DNA of 64,000 bases from Candidatus Zixiibacteriota bacterium (GTDB lineage: Bacteria > RBG-13-66-14 > B26-G2 > WVWN01), in contig JASFLY010000008.1 in the NCBI GenBank assembly GCA_050117845.1, positions 18,108-82,107 of the forward strand, given 5' to 3'. The notes beneath the pieces were generated by a model. It saw only the letters and a list, made by a program, of their open reading frames with translations. It was not told the origin of the DNA and made no database searches. The position numbers were made by a program, and so were the translations under genes. Shown here piece by piece: positions 8,717 to 17,937 of the stretch (position 1 is the stretch's first letter; each line of letters begins with the position of its first letter).

Positions 8717-10234
8717 ATGCGGGCTACCGTTAAAGGGAGAGGACTGCTTCTCGTTTACGTGGCCGCCGTGCTGGCGTACGGCGGCTTCTGGTGCGCCTTC
8801 ACCTACGTCCCCACGCAGGACGGCCCCGCGCACCTCTCCTCCGCGGTGGTTTTCAACTCCCTCCTCGCCGGGGACGCCGCGTTCGCCGGCAAGTACGACC
8901 TTAACCTGACCGCCGCGCCGTACTGGACCTATCACGCCGTCATGGCGCCGCTGCTCGCGGCGTTCCGTCCCCTCGTCGCCGAGAAGATATTCCTCTTCCT
9001 CTACGTCGCGCTCTTCGCCGCCGCCGGGTGGTTCGCCACGCGGGCCGCCGCCGGAAAGGCCTCGGCGCTCGGCCTCCTGTCCCTCGTCTTCGCCACGTCC
9101 TTCCCCTTCCAGATGGGCTTCTACAATTTCATGGCGGGCGTGCCGCTCTTCCTGCTGGCGGCGTCGTATTACCGGGCGGGCCGGGAGCGGGGGGGCGGCC
9201 GGTTTTGGATTATCCTCAACCTCCTCGTCACGGCCTGTTACTTCTCGCACCTCCTGGCCTGGGGGGCCGCGGTACTCGCGATCATGGTGTTCGCCGCCTG
9301 GCCCGCCGGCCCTCGGGGCCGCGTGAAGTCGCTTTGCCGGGCCGCGCTCTACCTCGTCCCGTCGTACGTCCTGCCGGCGTACTTCCTCCTGACCGTGCCG
9401 AAGGGCGGGGACTTCGGCCGCCATTCCGTCGGGTGGCTCGTCCGGGAGCTGGCCTTCGTCCGGGCGCCGGTCTCCTTCGGCCCGTGGCAGGAAGCTATAT
9501 CGTGGGCGCTGGCGGCGACGTACGCCGTGCTACTGGTCGCGGCCGTCGTGGCCCGGCTTCGCGGCGGGAGGCCCGTATTGCGCCCGGGCGACGCGTTCGC
9601 GGCCGCGGCCCTCGTCTTCGTCGTGGCGTATTTCGCGCTCCCCGGCGAAGCGCCGCCGGGAGTGTACTACATCTCGGAGCGGATGGCGCTCTTCCCCTTC
9701 CTTCTGATAACGCCGTGGCTCGCGGCGAACCTCCCCCGCGGGTGGGGGAGGCCGGCGGCGTGGGCGGCGGTCGTCCTGGTGCTGGCCAACCTCGTGCCGC
9801 TGGGCCTCTACTACGCCCGCGAGAACGAGAAGCTGCGGATCGCGAATTCGGGATACTGCGTCGTGGCGCCGGGACGCTTTCTCTTGCCGATGATAAAGGA
9901 CCCGGTCGCGCGGGAGCGGCGGGTCGAGTCGCTCCGGCACGTGGCCGCTTATTACGTCATCGCCGCCGACGGATGCAACCTGGCGGACATGGCCGCCGCG
10001 ACGTCCTATTTCCCCATAAAATTCGCGGCCGGCGTAACGCCCGCGGCCTACGTCGGCACCTTCAGCAATCTGCGCGTCTACGACGTCGAGGGTTCCCGGC
10101 CGGTCCCCGATTACGTCATTTCGTACAACATCAATCCCTTCATCCCGGCGACACGGCCCGTCTTCGAGCACTACCGGCCGGTCCACTTCCAGGGTCGTTT
10201 AATCATATACGAACGAGGCCGGGACGGCCGGTAA
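8717..10234 (+). CDS. Polytopic membrane protein, probable GT-C-type glycosyltransferase
   Basis: TM1 followed by YVPTQDGPAHL, then PYWTYHAVMA, MGFYNF, YISER; about 10-12 TM segments plus a periplasmic tail. Confidence 0.55.
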   Translation: MRATVKGRGLLLVYVAAVLAYGGFWCAFTYVPTQDGPAHLSSAVVFNSLLAGDAAFAGKYDLNLTAAPYWTYHAVMAPLLAAFRPLVAEKIFLFLYVALFAAAGWFATRAAAGKASALGLLSLVFATSFPFQMGFYNFMAGVPLFLLAASYYRAGRERGGGRFWIILNLLVTACYFSHLLAWGAAVLAIMVFAAWPAGPRGRVKSLCRAALYLVPSYVLPAYFLLTVPKGGDFGRHSVGWLVRELAFVRAPVSFGPWQEAISWALAATYAVLLVAAVVARLRGGRPVLRPGDAFAAAALVFVVAYFALPGEAPPGVYYISERMALFPFLLITPWLAANLPRGWGRPAAWAAVVLVLANLVPLGLYYARENEKLRIANSGYCVVAPGRFLLPMIKDPVARERRVESLRHVAAYYVIAADGCNLADMAAATSYFPIKFAAGVTPAAYVGTFSNLRVYDVEGSRPVPDYVISYNINPFIPATRPVFEHYRPVHFQGRLIIYERGRDGR

Positions 10235-10295
10235 AGGCCGAAAAAAACACTCGCCATCGGGCGAGCGTTTCTTATTCCTCGTAGCGATTCGCGCC

Positions 10296-11972
10296 TTATT
10301 GTATGCCGGTCAGGTACGCGCCGTACACCGTCGCCCGGAGCTTCTGCTGGTCGACTTCGTAGACGACGACGTCCGAGCCCTCCGGCCGGAAGGCCTCCTT
10401 GAACGCGCCCGCCCCGTAGTCTATCCTGACGATGGTAAGTTCGCCTTCCTGCGAATCCATCGGGACCTTCGTCAGGTTCCGGTAACCCCGATACCATATC
10501 GCCCGCAATCCCGGCCGCCGGGCCAGCGCCGCCGGTTCCAGCACGACGTAGCGAACGTCGTAGTCCGTGAGTATGGCCTGAATCTCGCGGATCCCGCCGT
10601 TAGGCCAGTAGAGCGAAGGCCGGTCGTAGTCGTAGAGGAGGTTGATGACGCCGGGCCAGGTTACGACCGCGTCGTCCGCTTCGGTATGTTCGGCGAGCCA
10701 GGCCGCGACTTCGCGCCGCTCCTCGTACGCCGCCCGGTCGTCCTGGGTCAACGTTTGGGCGAAGGGCCTGACCAACGGGATTAGGAGGAATACCACCAGC
10801 GCGGCCGTGGCCCAGAAACGGCCTCGACGGAAGAGCTCCGGGAGGCGCGTCAGGCCGGCGAATCCGAGCGGTATCAATAATAAATAAAAGGGTACGAAGT
10901 AACGGAACAGGCCGAAACCGAAAACGGAAAACGCCAGAAGGTGCGCGAGCAGGGCGATAACCGGGAACGCGAGCGCCCGGCGCCGCCGCAGTATCGGGAC
11001 GGCCACGACCGCCAGAAGGGCGAACGCGACCAGCGGCGCGGCCCGGTAAGGCTCGCTCAGGTGGAGATTTCCGAGGAAGAGGGTCTCCACGCCCCGCCAT
11101 AACCCTCGGCCTATGCGGCCCACGAAGTCGAAGAACCCGTACGACGCGAAGTACCCCGACCAGGTCGGCACGTAACGCTTAATGGCGAATACCTGCTCCG
11201 GCGAGGGCGCGACGACGAACAGTTTCACCCGAGAGTAGAACGGGTCGCCGAACGCGGAGATATTGCGTATCCACCACGGCAGAGAGGCCACGCCGAACGC
11301 CCCGAGCGAAACGCCGGCGGGCGCGAGGCCCCGGCCCCGGTAGACGATGAGGAGCGCCGCCACGTACGCGACGAGCAGAAGAACGCCGTTCAGCCGGCAA
11401 AGGTAAGAAAGGCTTAAAAGAACGCCGACTAAAAGCGGTCTAAGAAGTGTGGGCCGGTCCCGTTCGAAGTCCCCGGCCACGGCGAGCGCGGCGAAGAAAA
11501 GCAGCGCGAAATACGCCTCCGGCATTACCCGTACGGAGAACCAGAGGAACGAGGGTTCGAGCGCCGCCACCGCGGCGCCGGCCAGTGCGATGCCGGGGCC
11601 GAACCAGCGTTTGGCCAACAGGTAAAGGAGGAATAACGCCGCCAGCGACGCCAGCACCGTAACGACGCGTACCGGCGTGGGCGAATCCGCGCCGGCGGAG
11701 AAGGCCGCCGCCGCCACGAGAGGCAAGAGCGGCTGGCGATTGCCCTCGGGATGGACCACGGGGCCCCGTTCGCCGTAGAAATCCCACTTGGCGTAGGTGG
11801 TGTAGCCTCGCCCCTCGGCGAGGTTGTGGCCGACCTCGAGGATATTGCCGGCGTCCGCGTCCGGCAGGGAGTTGTGAACGAAGCACCAGATCCTGGGCGC
11901 CAGGGCGAGCACTAGTATCAATATTAATAATACCGCCTCGGCGCTGCGCGATATCTTGACGTTTGCCATCAT
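10296..11972 (-). CDS. GT39/ArnT-like membrane glycosyltransferase
   Basis: PDADAGNILEVGHNLAEGRGY, HPEGNRQPLLPL, SVRVMPEAYF, YLCRLNG, PWWIRNISAFGDP. Confidence 0.75.
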   Translation of the reverse strand: MMANVKISRSAEAVLLILILVLALAPRIWCFVHNSLPDADAGNILEVGHNLAEGRGYTTYAKWDFYGERGPVVHPEGNRQPLLPLVAAAAFSAGADSPTPVRVVTVLASLAALFLLYLLAKRWFGPGIALAGAAVAALEPSFLWFSVRVMPEAYFALLFFAALAVAGDFERDRPTLLRPLLVGVLLSLSYLCRLNGVLLLVAYVAALLIVYRGRGLAPAGVSLGAFGVASLPWWIRNISAFGDPFYSRVKLFVVAPSPEQVFAIKRYVPTWSGYFASYGFFDFVGRIGRGLWRGVETLFLGNLHLSEPYRAAPLVAFALLAVVAVPILRRRRALAFPVIALLAHLLAFSVFGFGLFRYFVPFYLLLIPLGFAGLTRLPELFRRGRFWATAALVVFLLIPLVRPFAQTLTQDDRAAYEERREVAAWLAEHTEADDAVVTWPGVINLLYDYDRPSLYWPNGGIREIQAILTDYDVRYVVLEPAALARRPGLRAIWYRGYRNLTKVPMDSQEGELTIVRIDYGAGAFKEAFRPEGSDVVVYEVDQQKLRATVYGAYLTGIQ

Positions 11973-12089
11973 AATCGGGGATTTTAGCAAAGGCGGGCCG
12001 TTTAGTAAAGACCCGATTGCGCCTTCGAGTCCCAATCCTGTTGGCATTTGGGCCGGAATGGGTTAAAATTATAGGGTGATATTAAGGTT

Positions 12090-15000
12090 ATGCCAGGCCG
12101 GAACGTAATAAACGTCGTGCGCGGCCTCCGGAAACGCCGGCTTCTCGGCGTGGCGGCGGCTTTCGCGGCGGGGGGCGTCTCGCTCTTCGCGGCCGCGTTC
12201 CTGTTGGCCGTGCTGTTCTCGGCATGGGCCGGGTGGGCCGTTGCGCTCGGGTTGGCCGGGGCGTCGGCCTGCGCCGCCGGCTACCTGTTATGGCGCCTCG
12301 TGGGCCGGGACCTTCGAGCCGAGGCCCGTTCCTCCCGGATAATCGCCGAGGCCGAATCGACGTCGCCGCTCCTCCGGCGGCGGCTGGGGGCGGCCTATTC
12401 CGTGGCCGCCGCCGGGGGCCGGGACGCCGGGACCTCGCCGGCGCTGGCCGCGGCCTTCCTCGACGAGGTGGAACGGCGCCTGCCCTCGCGGCTGTCGGCC
12501 CCCTGGGGCCGGCGGGCCCGCTGGGTGCCGCCGGCCTTGCTCGCGGCCGCGGTCGCGGCGTGGCTGACGGTGGCCCTGGCGGCCCCGGGTTTTCTGGGGG
12601 AACGTTTTACGGCCCTGGCCGAGGCGTCGCCCGGGACGGGCGGCATCATCGCCGAGGTATCGCCCGGCGACGCCAAGGTCGGCGTTGACCAGACTCTGGA
12701 AGTAAACGTGACGCTCCGCCAGGATTTCGCCGGGGAGGCGGCCGTAATCGTCGAGCGGGGCGGCGCCGTTGCGCGGGTGCCGCTTACGAGCGCGAACGAA
12801 CGCGAACTCCGCGCGGCCGTCGCGGCCGGCAGCGAGGACTTCCGCTACCGCGTCGTCGTTGGCGCGGAGAAGAGCCGCAACTTCCGCGTGACGGTGGTCC
12901 CGCCGCCGGTAATCGGCGCGCTCCGCGTCGTCGTCGCGCCCCCGGCGTACGCCGGCTTGCCGGCCCGAGCCCTGCCGCCGGGCGAGGGGGACGTGCGGGC
13001 GCTGGCCGGCGCGACCGTGCGAATCGACGTGGGCGCGGAGGGGGCCGAGGCCGTGGCGGCCGAGGTCCCGGGGGGCACCAAGGAATTTACCCGGGCCGGA
13101 GACGGATACGCCGGCGAATTCACGCTGACGCGCCCGGGCACCTATCGCCTGACGGCGTCGTCGCCCTGGGGCCAGGCCCAGACGCCCTATTACGCGCTCG
13201 ACGTCGCGCCCGACGCCCCGCCGGAAGTGACCATCGTCGAACCGACCCGCGACCTGCTCATTAACGACACGTCCCGATCGCCCCGCTTGCGCTTTACCTG
13301 TTCGGACGACTTCGGCCTGGGGGACGTACGGGTGGTCTATTTTAACGAGGTAACGGGCCGCCGGCTGGAAGGACGCGTCGGCTCCGGCGCGGGCCGGGCC
13401 GAGCTCGAGGGCGACGTGGACCTGTTGCCCGAGGGCCTCGAGCTCTTCCCCGGCGACGTGGTCGCGTACTACGTGGAGGCGTTTGACAACGACACGGTGA
13501 ACGGCCCCAAGGCCGGCCGGTCGGCCACGTACCGCTTCCGCTTCCCCACGACCGCCGAGTTGTTCGAACGGGTGGACGACGAGATGAGCTCCGGCGTGGC
13601 GGAACTCGAGGGCTTGCGCGAGCAGACGCGCCGACTCCGCGAACAGCTCCGGAAGATGGACGCCGTCGGCGACGAGGAGAACGACACGCCGTCGCGGCCG
13701 CAAATCCGGGAGCTGGCCGAGGAGCAGGAGCGCCTGCGGCGCGAATTGACCGAGGCGGCCGAGAAATTGGAGGAGCTGCTGGAGTGCGCCGACGATAACG
13801 TCATCAGTCCGGAACTCGCCGCCAAAGTCTACGAGGCCAACCGCCTGTTGGAAGAGGCGCTGGACGAGGAATCGAAGGAGGCCCTGCGCAAACTCTCCGA
13901 GGCCCTGCGGGAAGTGGACCCGGAGCGCGTCCGTGAGCTAATGGAACAGGTCAAACTCGACCAGGCCGAGATGGAGCGCCGCCTCGAGCGCGTCATCGAC
14001 ATCCTGAAGGACGCCCGGCGCGAGGAACTCCTGCGCAACCTGGCCCTCCAGGCCGAGGAGCTGGCGGCCTGCCAGAGCGATATCCTGGAGCGACTCGAGG
14101 ACGCGGACACCCCGGCGCGGCAGGAGGACCTGGCGAAAGACGTCCCGGCTTTCGGTGAGGACGTGAAGGAGTCGGCGGCGGCCTTCGACGAGGTCGACCC
14201 GGCGTTGGCGGAAGCGTTGCGCGAGCTGGGCGGCGAGTTCGAGGAGGGCAAGGCGCCCCGGGCCGCCCGGAAGGCTTCGCGGGAATTGGCCGAGGGGGAT
14301 CTGTCTGGCGCGGCCGAGGCCGGCGAAGTCTCCGAGCAGGAGCTTGAGGAACTCGCCGAAGCGCTGCGGGGGATGTCGGATAAATACCGGGAGGGCAAGC
14401 GGCAGGCGCTCCTGGCCGAAATGGACAAGGCGGTCGAGCGCGTCCTCGCCGCGTCGCACCGCACCGAGCGGCTCGCCGCCGAGGCGGCTCTGGGGGAGGC
14501 GGGCGCGGGTTTTGCGGGGCGCGGCAAAAGCGTGGCCGCCGAAGTGGCGAGCATCGGCGACGCCGCGACGGAAGCGGCCAGCAAGTCCCTCTTCGTCTCG
14601 CCGGCGATTGGCGAGGCGCTGGGGGATATAGGCGCCGAGATAGAGGCGGGGGCTCGGAACTACGAACTCGGCAACGTCCGGGCCGCGGCGGAGGCCAGCG
14701 CCCGGGCGCTGGCGGGTTTGAACGTCGTCGCCGCGATGCTGTTGGAGGCGCGGGACAACGCGGCCTCGGCCGGGTCGTCGATGGGCCTGGCCGAAATGAT
14801 AGAGCAGATGAAGGCGATGGCGGAGGGCCAGCGCCAGCTCAACCGCGAGGGCAAGGCGACTATGTCCATGATGCCCGGGATGTCGCCGAGCGAACTCGGC
14901 GCCGCGCTCGAGCGGCTGGCCGCGGAGCAGGAACGCATCCGCCGGGGGATGGAGGAACTCGAGCGGCGGGGCCGGGGCGGCGAGCGCGCCGGGGAGATGG

Positions 15001-15326
15001 GCGGTATGGCCCGGGACATGGAGGAGCTGGAAGGGGAGCTCCGCGCCGGCAATCTGGACGAGCGGATAATCGAGAAACAGGAGAAGCTGTTGGATCGGAT
15101 GTTGTCGTCCACGCGGGCCCTGCGGGTTCAGGGGCGTTCGAGCCGACGGCGGGCCGAGCCGGCGCGGGAATACGCGCCGGCGGTGGTGGCCCCCCTGCCC
15201 GGCCGCCTGACGGCGCCGAGGCCCGAGGCCGAGCCGGCCAGCGGCGCCCCCGCCGAGGGCTACGTGCCGGCCGACCTGCGCGGCCCCCTGGCCGACTACT
15301 ACCGCCGGATGGCGGGAAGCGAGTAA
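12090..15326 (+). CDS. Large DUF4175-like membrane protein (N-terminal TMs, Ig-like region, long coiled coil)
   Basis: DAPPEVTIVEP...CSDDFGLG...PGDVVAYYVEAFDNDTVNGPKAGRS, followed by heptad-rich helices. Confidence 0.7.
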   Translation: MPGRNVINVVRGLRKRRLLGVAAAFAAGGVSLFAAAFLLAVLFSAWAGWAVALGLAGASACAAGYLLWRLVGRDLRAEARSSRIIAEAESTSPLLRRRLGAAYSVAAAGGRDAGTSPALAAAFLDEVERRLPSRLSAPWGRRARWVPPALLAAAVAAWLTVALAAPGFLGERFTALAEASPGTGGIIAEVSPGDAKVGVDQTLEVNVTLRQDFAGEAAVIVERGGAVARVPLTSANERELRAAVAAGSEDFRYRVVVGAEKSRNFRVTVVPPPVIGALRVVVAPPAYAGLPARALPPGEGDVRALAGATVRIDVGAEGAEAVAAEVPGGTKEFTRAGDGYAGEFTLTRPGTYRLTASSPWGQAQTPYYALDVAPDAPPEVTIVEPTRDLLINDTSRSPRLRFTCSDDFGLGDVRVVYFNEVTGRRLEGRVGSGAGRAELEGDVDLLPEGLELFPGDVVAYYVEAFDNDTVNGPKAGRSATYRFRFPTTAELFERVDDEMSSGVAELEGLREQTRRLREQLRKMDAVGDEENDTPSRPQIRELAEEQERLRRELTEAAEKLEELLECADDNVISPELAAKVYEANRLLEEALDEESKEALRKLSEALREVDPERVRELMEQVKLDQAEMERRLERVIDILKDARREELLRNLALQAEELAACQSDILERLEDADTPARQEDLAKDVPAFGEDVKESAAAFDEVDPALAEALRELGGEFEEGKAPRAARKASRELAEGDLSGAAEAGEVSEQELEELAEALRGMSDKYREGKRQALLAEMDKAVERVLAASHRTERLAAEAALGEAGAGFAGRGKSVAAEVASIGDAATEAASKSLFVSPAIGEALGDIGAEIEAGARNYELGNVRAAAEASARALAGLNVVAAMLLEARDNAASAGSSMGLAEMIEQMKAMAEGQRQLNREGKATMSMMPGMSPSELGAALERLAAEQERIRRGMEELERRGRGGERAGEMGGMARDMEELEGELRAGNLDERIIEKQEKLLDRMLSSTRALRVQGRSSRRRAEPAREYAPAVVAPLPGRLTAPRPEAEPASGAPAEGYVPADLRGPLADYYRRMAGSE

Positions 15327-15329
15327 GCG

Positions 15330-15920
15330 ATAAACGGGATCAAAATATTCTCATTTTTAATTGCGGCGGTTCTGGCCGCGGGAACGGCCGCCGGGGCGTC
15401 GCTTCACGACGCCGCGGCGCAGCTCGATGCCGGCGAGACGAAGGCCGCCGTCAAGGAATTGCTGGCGTACGGCCGCGGCGAACCGACCGCGCCGCTGGCG
15501 AACCAGGCGCTCGACTGCGTCCTCCTACTCAATCAGAAAAAAGTGGTCCCGGCGGTCCTGGCGCCGTACGTCGAGACGCTGGCGCTGTTGGCGGACGGCT
15601 ACGCGACGACGGCGGACGCGGCCTTCCGCGAAATGACCGTAGACGACGGCCTCCCCTGGGCCATACGGGGCCGGGCGGCCCTCCTCGCCGCCGACCTCAA
15701 CACCTACGGCGACCGGGTGGAGATACTCGAGGCGGCGTGGCGCGACTGTGACGACGACACGGCGCGGCTTCTGGGCGTCGCCCTCGCCGAGGCCTATAAC
15801 GACGAAGGCCGGGCCGACGACGCCCGGGCCGTGCGCGACGCGTACGCCCGGCGTTTCCCCGGCGACGCCGGCCTTAAATATTTCGACTACCTGTCGGAAA
15901 CGGAAGACGAGGAGAAATGA
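15330..15920 (+). CDS. Exported all-helical (TPR-like) hypothetical protein; signal peptide only formed if start is ATA 15330 (ORF track starts TTG 15459)
   Basis: Open frame from 15330: INGIKIFSFLIAAVLAAGTAAGA|SLHDAAAQL... Confidence 0.55.
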   Translation: MNGIKIFSFLIAAVLAAGTAAGASLHDAAAQLDAGETKAAVKELLAYGRGEPTAPLANQALDCVLLLNQKKVVPAVLAPYVETLALLADGYATTADAAFREMTVDDGLPWAIRGRAALLAADLNTYGDRVEILEAAWRDCDDDTARLLGVALAEAYNDEGRADDARAVRDAYARRFPGDAGLKYFDYLSETEDEEK

Positions 15921-16597
15921 ATCGAGTGCGCCGCGACGTTTTCGTAGTAATTGACGCCGGCCCGCTGGCCGAGCTCCTCCTGGCGCGTAAGGGGAAGGCG
16001 CTGCTGCCGACCCTCTCGTACGGCGTGGCCCGCCTCGCGTACAGCCGGGGCATGGCCGACGACGTGCGGCGGCGGTGGGAAGAGCGGGGCCTCGGCGCCG
16101 ACGAGGTCGCGCGGCTTTCGGACGTGCTGTGGCGCGAGGGAACCGAGATCCAGCCCGGCGACGAGGTCGAGGCCTACGAGGACCCCGCCCGGGACGAGGG
16201 CCTGCGGCTTGCCGTCGCGGCCCGGGCCCGGATTTACCTGACCGAGGACGAGAGCCTGCTGGAACTCGGCGAGTGGAAGGGCATAACTATAGTGGGCGAC
16301 GCCGACGGCGTGGACCGCGTGCTCCTTTCGCCCGAGGCCACGGCGGTCGTCTTCCGGGCCCGGTCGGAGGGAGAGGCTATCCGCGTCGCGGACGCCTTGC
16401 GCGAGGCCGACGTAGACGCCCGCGTCATATCGCAACAGGTCCCCTGGTACGACGGCGTCCTGGTCATGGGCCAGGGTTACTGGGGCGAAATTATGGTATT
16501 CGAGAAGGACCGCGCCGAGGCCGAGAGGATAATCGAACGCCTGCTTTCAAAGGCCGGCGGCGGCCCCATCGACGGGCCTATAGGCGACCGCGAGTAA
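15917..16597 (+). CDS. PIN-like domain fused to a DUF2007-like domain
   Basis: N-terminal VVIDAG...EDPARDEGLRLAVAARARIYLTEDESLLELGEWKGITIV (PIN_3-like); C-terminal EAIRVADALREADV...GEIMVFEKDRAEAERII. Confidence 0.55.
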   Translation: MNRVRRDVFVVIDAGPLAELLLARKGKALLPTLSYGVARLAYSRGMADDVRRRWEERGLGADEVARLSDVLWREGTEIQPGDEVEAYEDPARDEGLRLAVAARARIYLTEDESLLELGEWKGITIVGDADGVDRVLLSPEATAVVFRARSEGEAIRVADALREADVDARVISQQVPWYDGVLVMGQGYWGEIMVFEKDRAEAERIIERLLSKAGGGPIDGPIGDRE

Positions 16598-16618
16598 CGC
16601 GGCCGCTGCGAATTCCCA

Positions 16619-17371
16619 ATGGACGAAACCGTAGTATTGATCCAAGCCCGCATGGGCTCGACGCGCTTGCCCGGCAAGGTGCTGTTGCCCCTCGGCGGCG
16701 CGCCGGTCCTGGCGCATGTCGTGGAGAGGTGCGGCACGGCCCCGGGCGTCGGCGCCGTCGTCGTCGCGACGACGGACGAACCGGAGGACGACGCCCTGGC
16801 GGCCTGCGCGGCCGACCTCGGCGCCGGCGTCTTTCGGGGTTCGAGCGCCGACGTGCTGGGCCGTTTCGCCGGCGCGGCCGCGGCCTTCCCCGCCGCGCAT
16901 TATATCCGCATCACCGCGGACTGTCCGCTGGCCGACCCGGCGGTCGTCGGCGCCGTCCTCGCCGCCCATATGGACGGGGGGCGGGATTATTCCTATAATG
17001 ACGTACCCGTCGGTTTCCCCCGCGGCTACGACGTGGAGGTCGTGCGGGGCGCTACCTTATTATGGCTCGCGGAGAACTGCCGCGACGCCGCGTCGCGCGA
17101 ACACGTTACGCCCTATCTCCGGGACCACGCGGCCGACTTCAACGTCGAGAAGGTTATGGGGCCGCCGAGCGCGGACTTTTCCGGTTACCGGCTGGTCCTC
17201 GACGAGGAGGCCGATTACGAGCTGCTTAAGATTATCTACGAAAGATTGGGGGATAAAGGCCCGTTCGGCCTGAACGACGTCCTGGCCCTACTCGCCGCCG
17301 AGCCGGCGCTGGCCGAGATAAACCGCGACGTGCGGCAGAAGGACAGGCCGCCGACGCCCGGGGTCGGGTAA
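16619..17371 (+). CDS. SpsF/PseF-like acylneuraminate cytidylyltransferase
   Basis: IQARMGSTRLPGKVL, RGSSADVLGRF, RITADCPLADP, REHVTPY. Confidence 0.9.
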   Translation: MDETVVLIQARMGSTRLPGKVLLPLGGAPVLAHVVERCGTAPGVGAVVVATTDEPEDDALAACAADLGAGVFRGSSADVLGRFAGAAAAFPAAHYIRITADCPLADPAVVGAVLAAHMDGGRDYSYNDVPVGFPRGYDVEVVRGATLLWLAENCRDAASREHVTPYLRDHAADFNVEKVMGPPSADFSGYRLVLDEEADYELLKIIYERLGDKGPFGLNDVLALLAAEPALAEINRDVRQKDRPPTPGVG

Positions 17372-17402
17372 AACAAAAACGGTTCACGGATTGTATTGAT
17401 AA

Positions 17403-17432
17403 GAAACGAGCGCCCTCGCGGGCGCTTTTATT
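17403..17432. terminator. Bidirectional intrinsic terminator between convergent genes
   Basis: AAACGAGCGCCC-TCGC-GGGCGCTTTT hairpin. Confidence 0.6.
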
Positions 17433-17937
17433 CTTCTGTGGAGCCGCTGGGCCGGGCCGTAACGACGATGGGGATCTCGCGGCCGTCCCGGGCGAGTGTT
17501 TCCGGGCGTTCCGGCCCGAAGCCGTTTCGGGCGAACACGGCTCGCGAGGCCTGGTTATCCTCTCTTATCCGCGCGACTATCCGGCGGAAGCCGAGTTCGC
17601 GGCTGGCGTAATCGCAGGCCGTCGCCAGCAAACGTCGGCCCACTCCACGGCCGCGCCCTTCCGGGGCGACGATGATGTGGACCTCGGCCTCGCCCGGCGT
17701 CAGCTCGTCGAAGCGCACGACGCCCACCGGCCGGTCGCCCTCGTATCCGAGGAGGATATGACGGCCCTGCCGGCCCAGGGAATCACGAAACCAGGCGGCG
17801 TGCTCTTCCTCGGAGATTTCCTCCGGGCTGAAGGAGGCCGCCCTCGTGGCCGGGTCGTTCCGCCATTCGAGGAGCAAGCGCACGTCGTGGCCGTCGTCGC
17901 GGACCGGCCGCAGCGTAATGGCGGGGCCAGCGGTCAT
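17428..17937 (-). CDS. GNAT N-acetyltransferase (PseH-like)
   Basis: LLEWRNDPATRAASF...EEHAAWF...VGVVRFD...RGRGVG...NQASRAVF. Confidence 0.8.
   Translation of the reverse strand: MTAGPAITLRPVRDDGHDVRLLLEWRNDPATRAASFSPEEISEEEHAAWFRDSLGRQGRHILLGYEGDRPVGVVRFDELTPGEAEVHIIVAPEGRGRGVGRRLLATACDYASRELGFRRIVARIREDNQASRAVFARNGFGPERPETLARDGREIPIVVTARPSGSTEE

Noticed and set aside
7499-9424. Long antisense or alternate-frame ORFs (e.g. 7499-9424, 23080-24489, 4319-5746, 18919-19794, 55371-56492, 59646-61217)
   Set aside because: Shadow ORFs caused by high GC3 in real genes on another frame or strand; Arg/Gly/Pro-rich with no family motifs.
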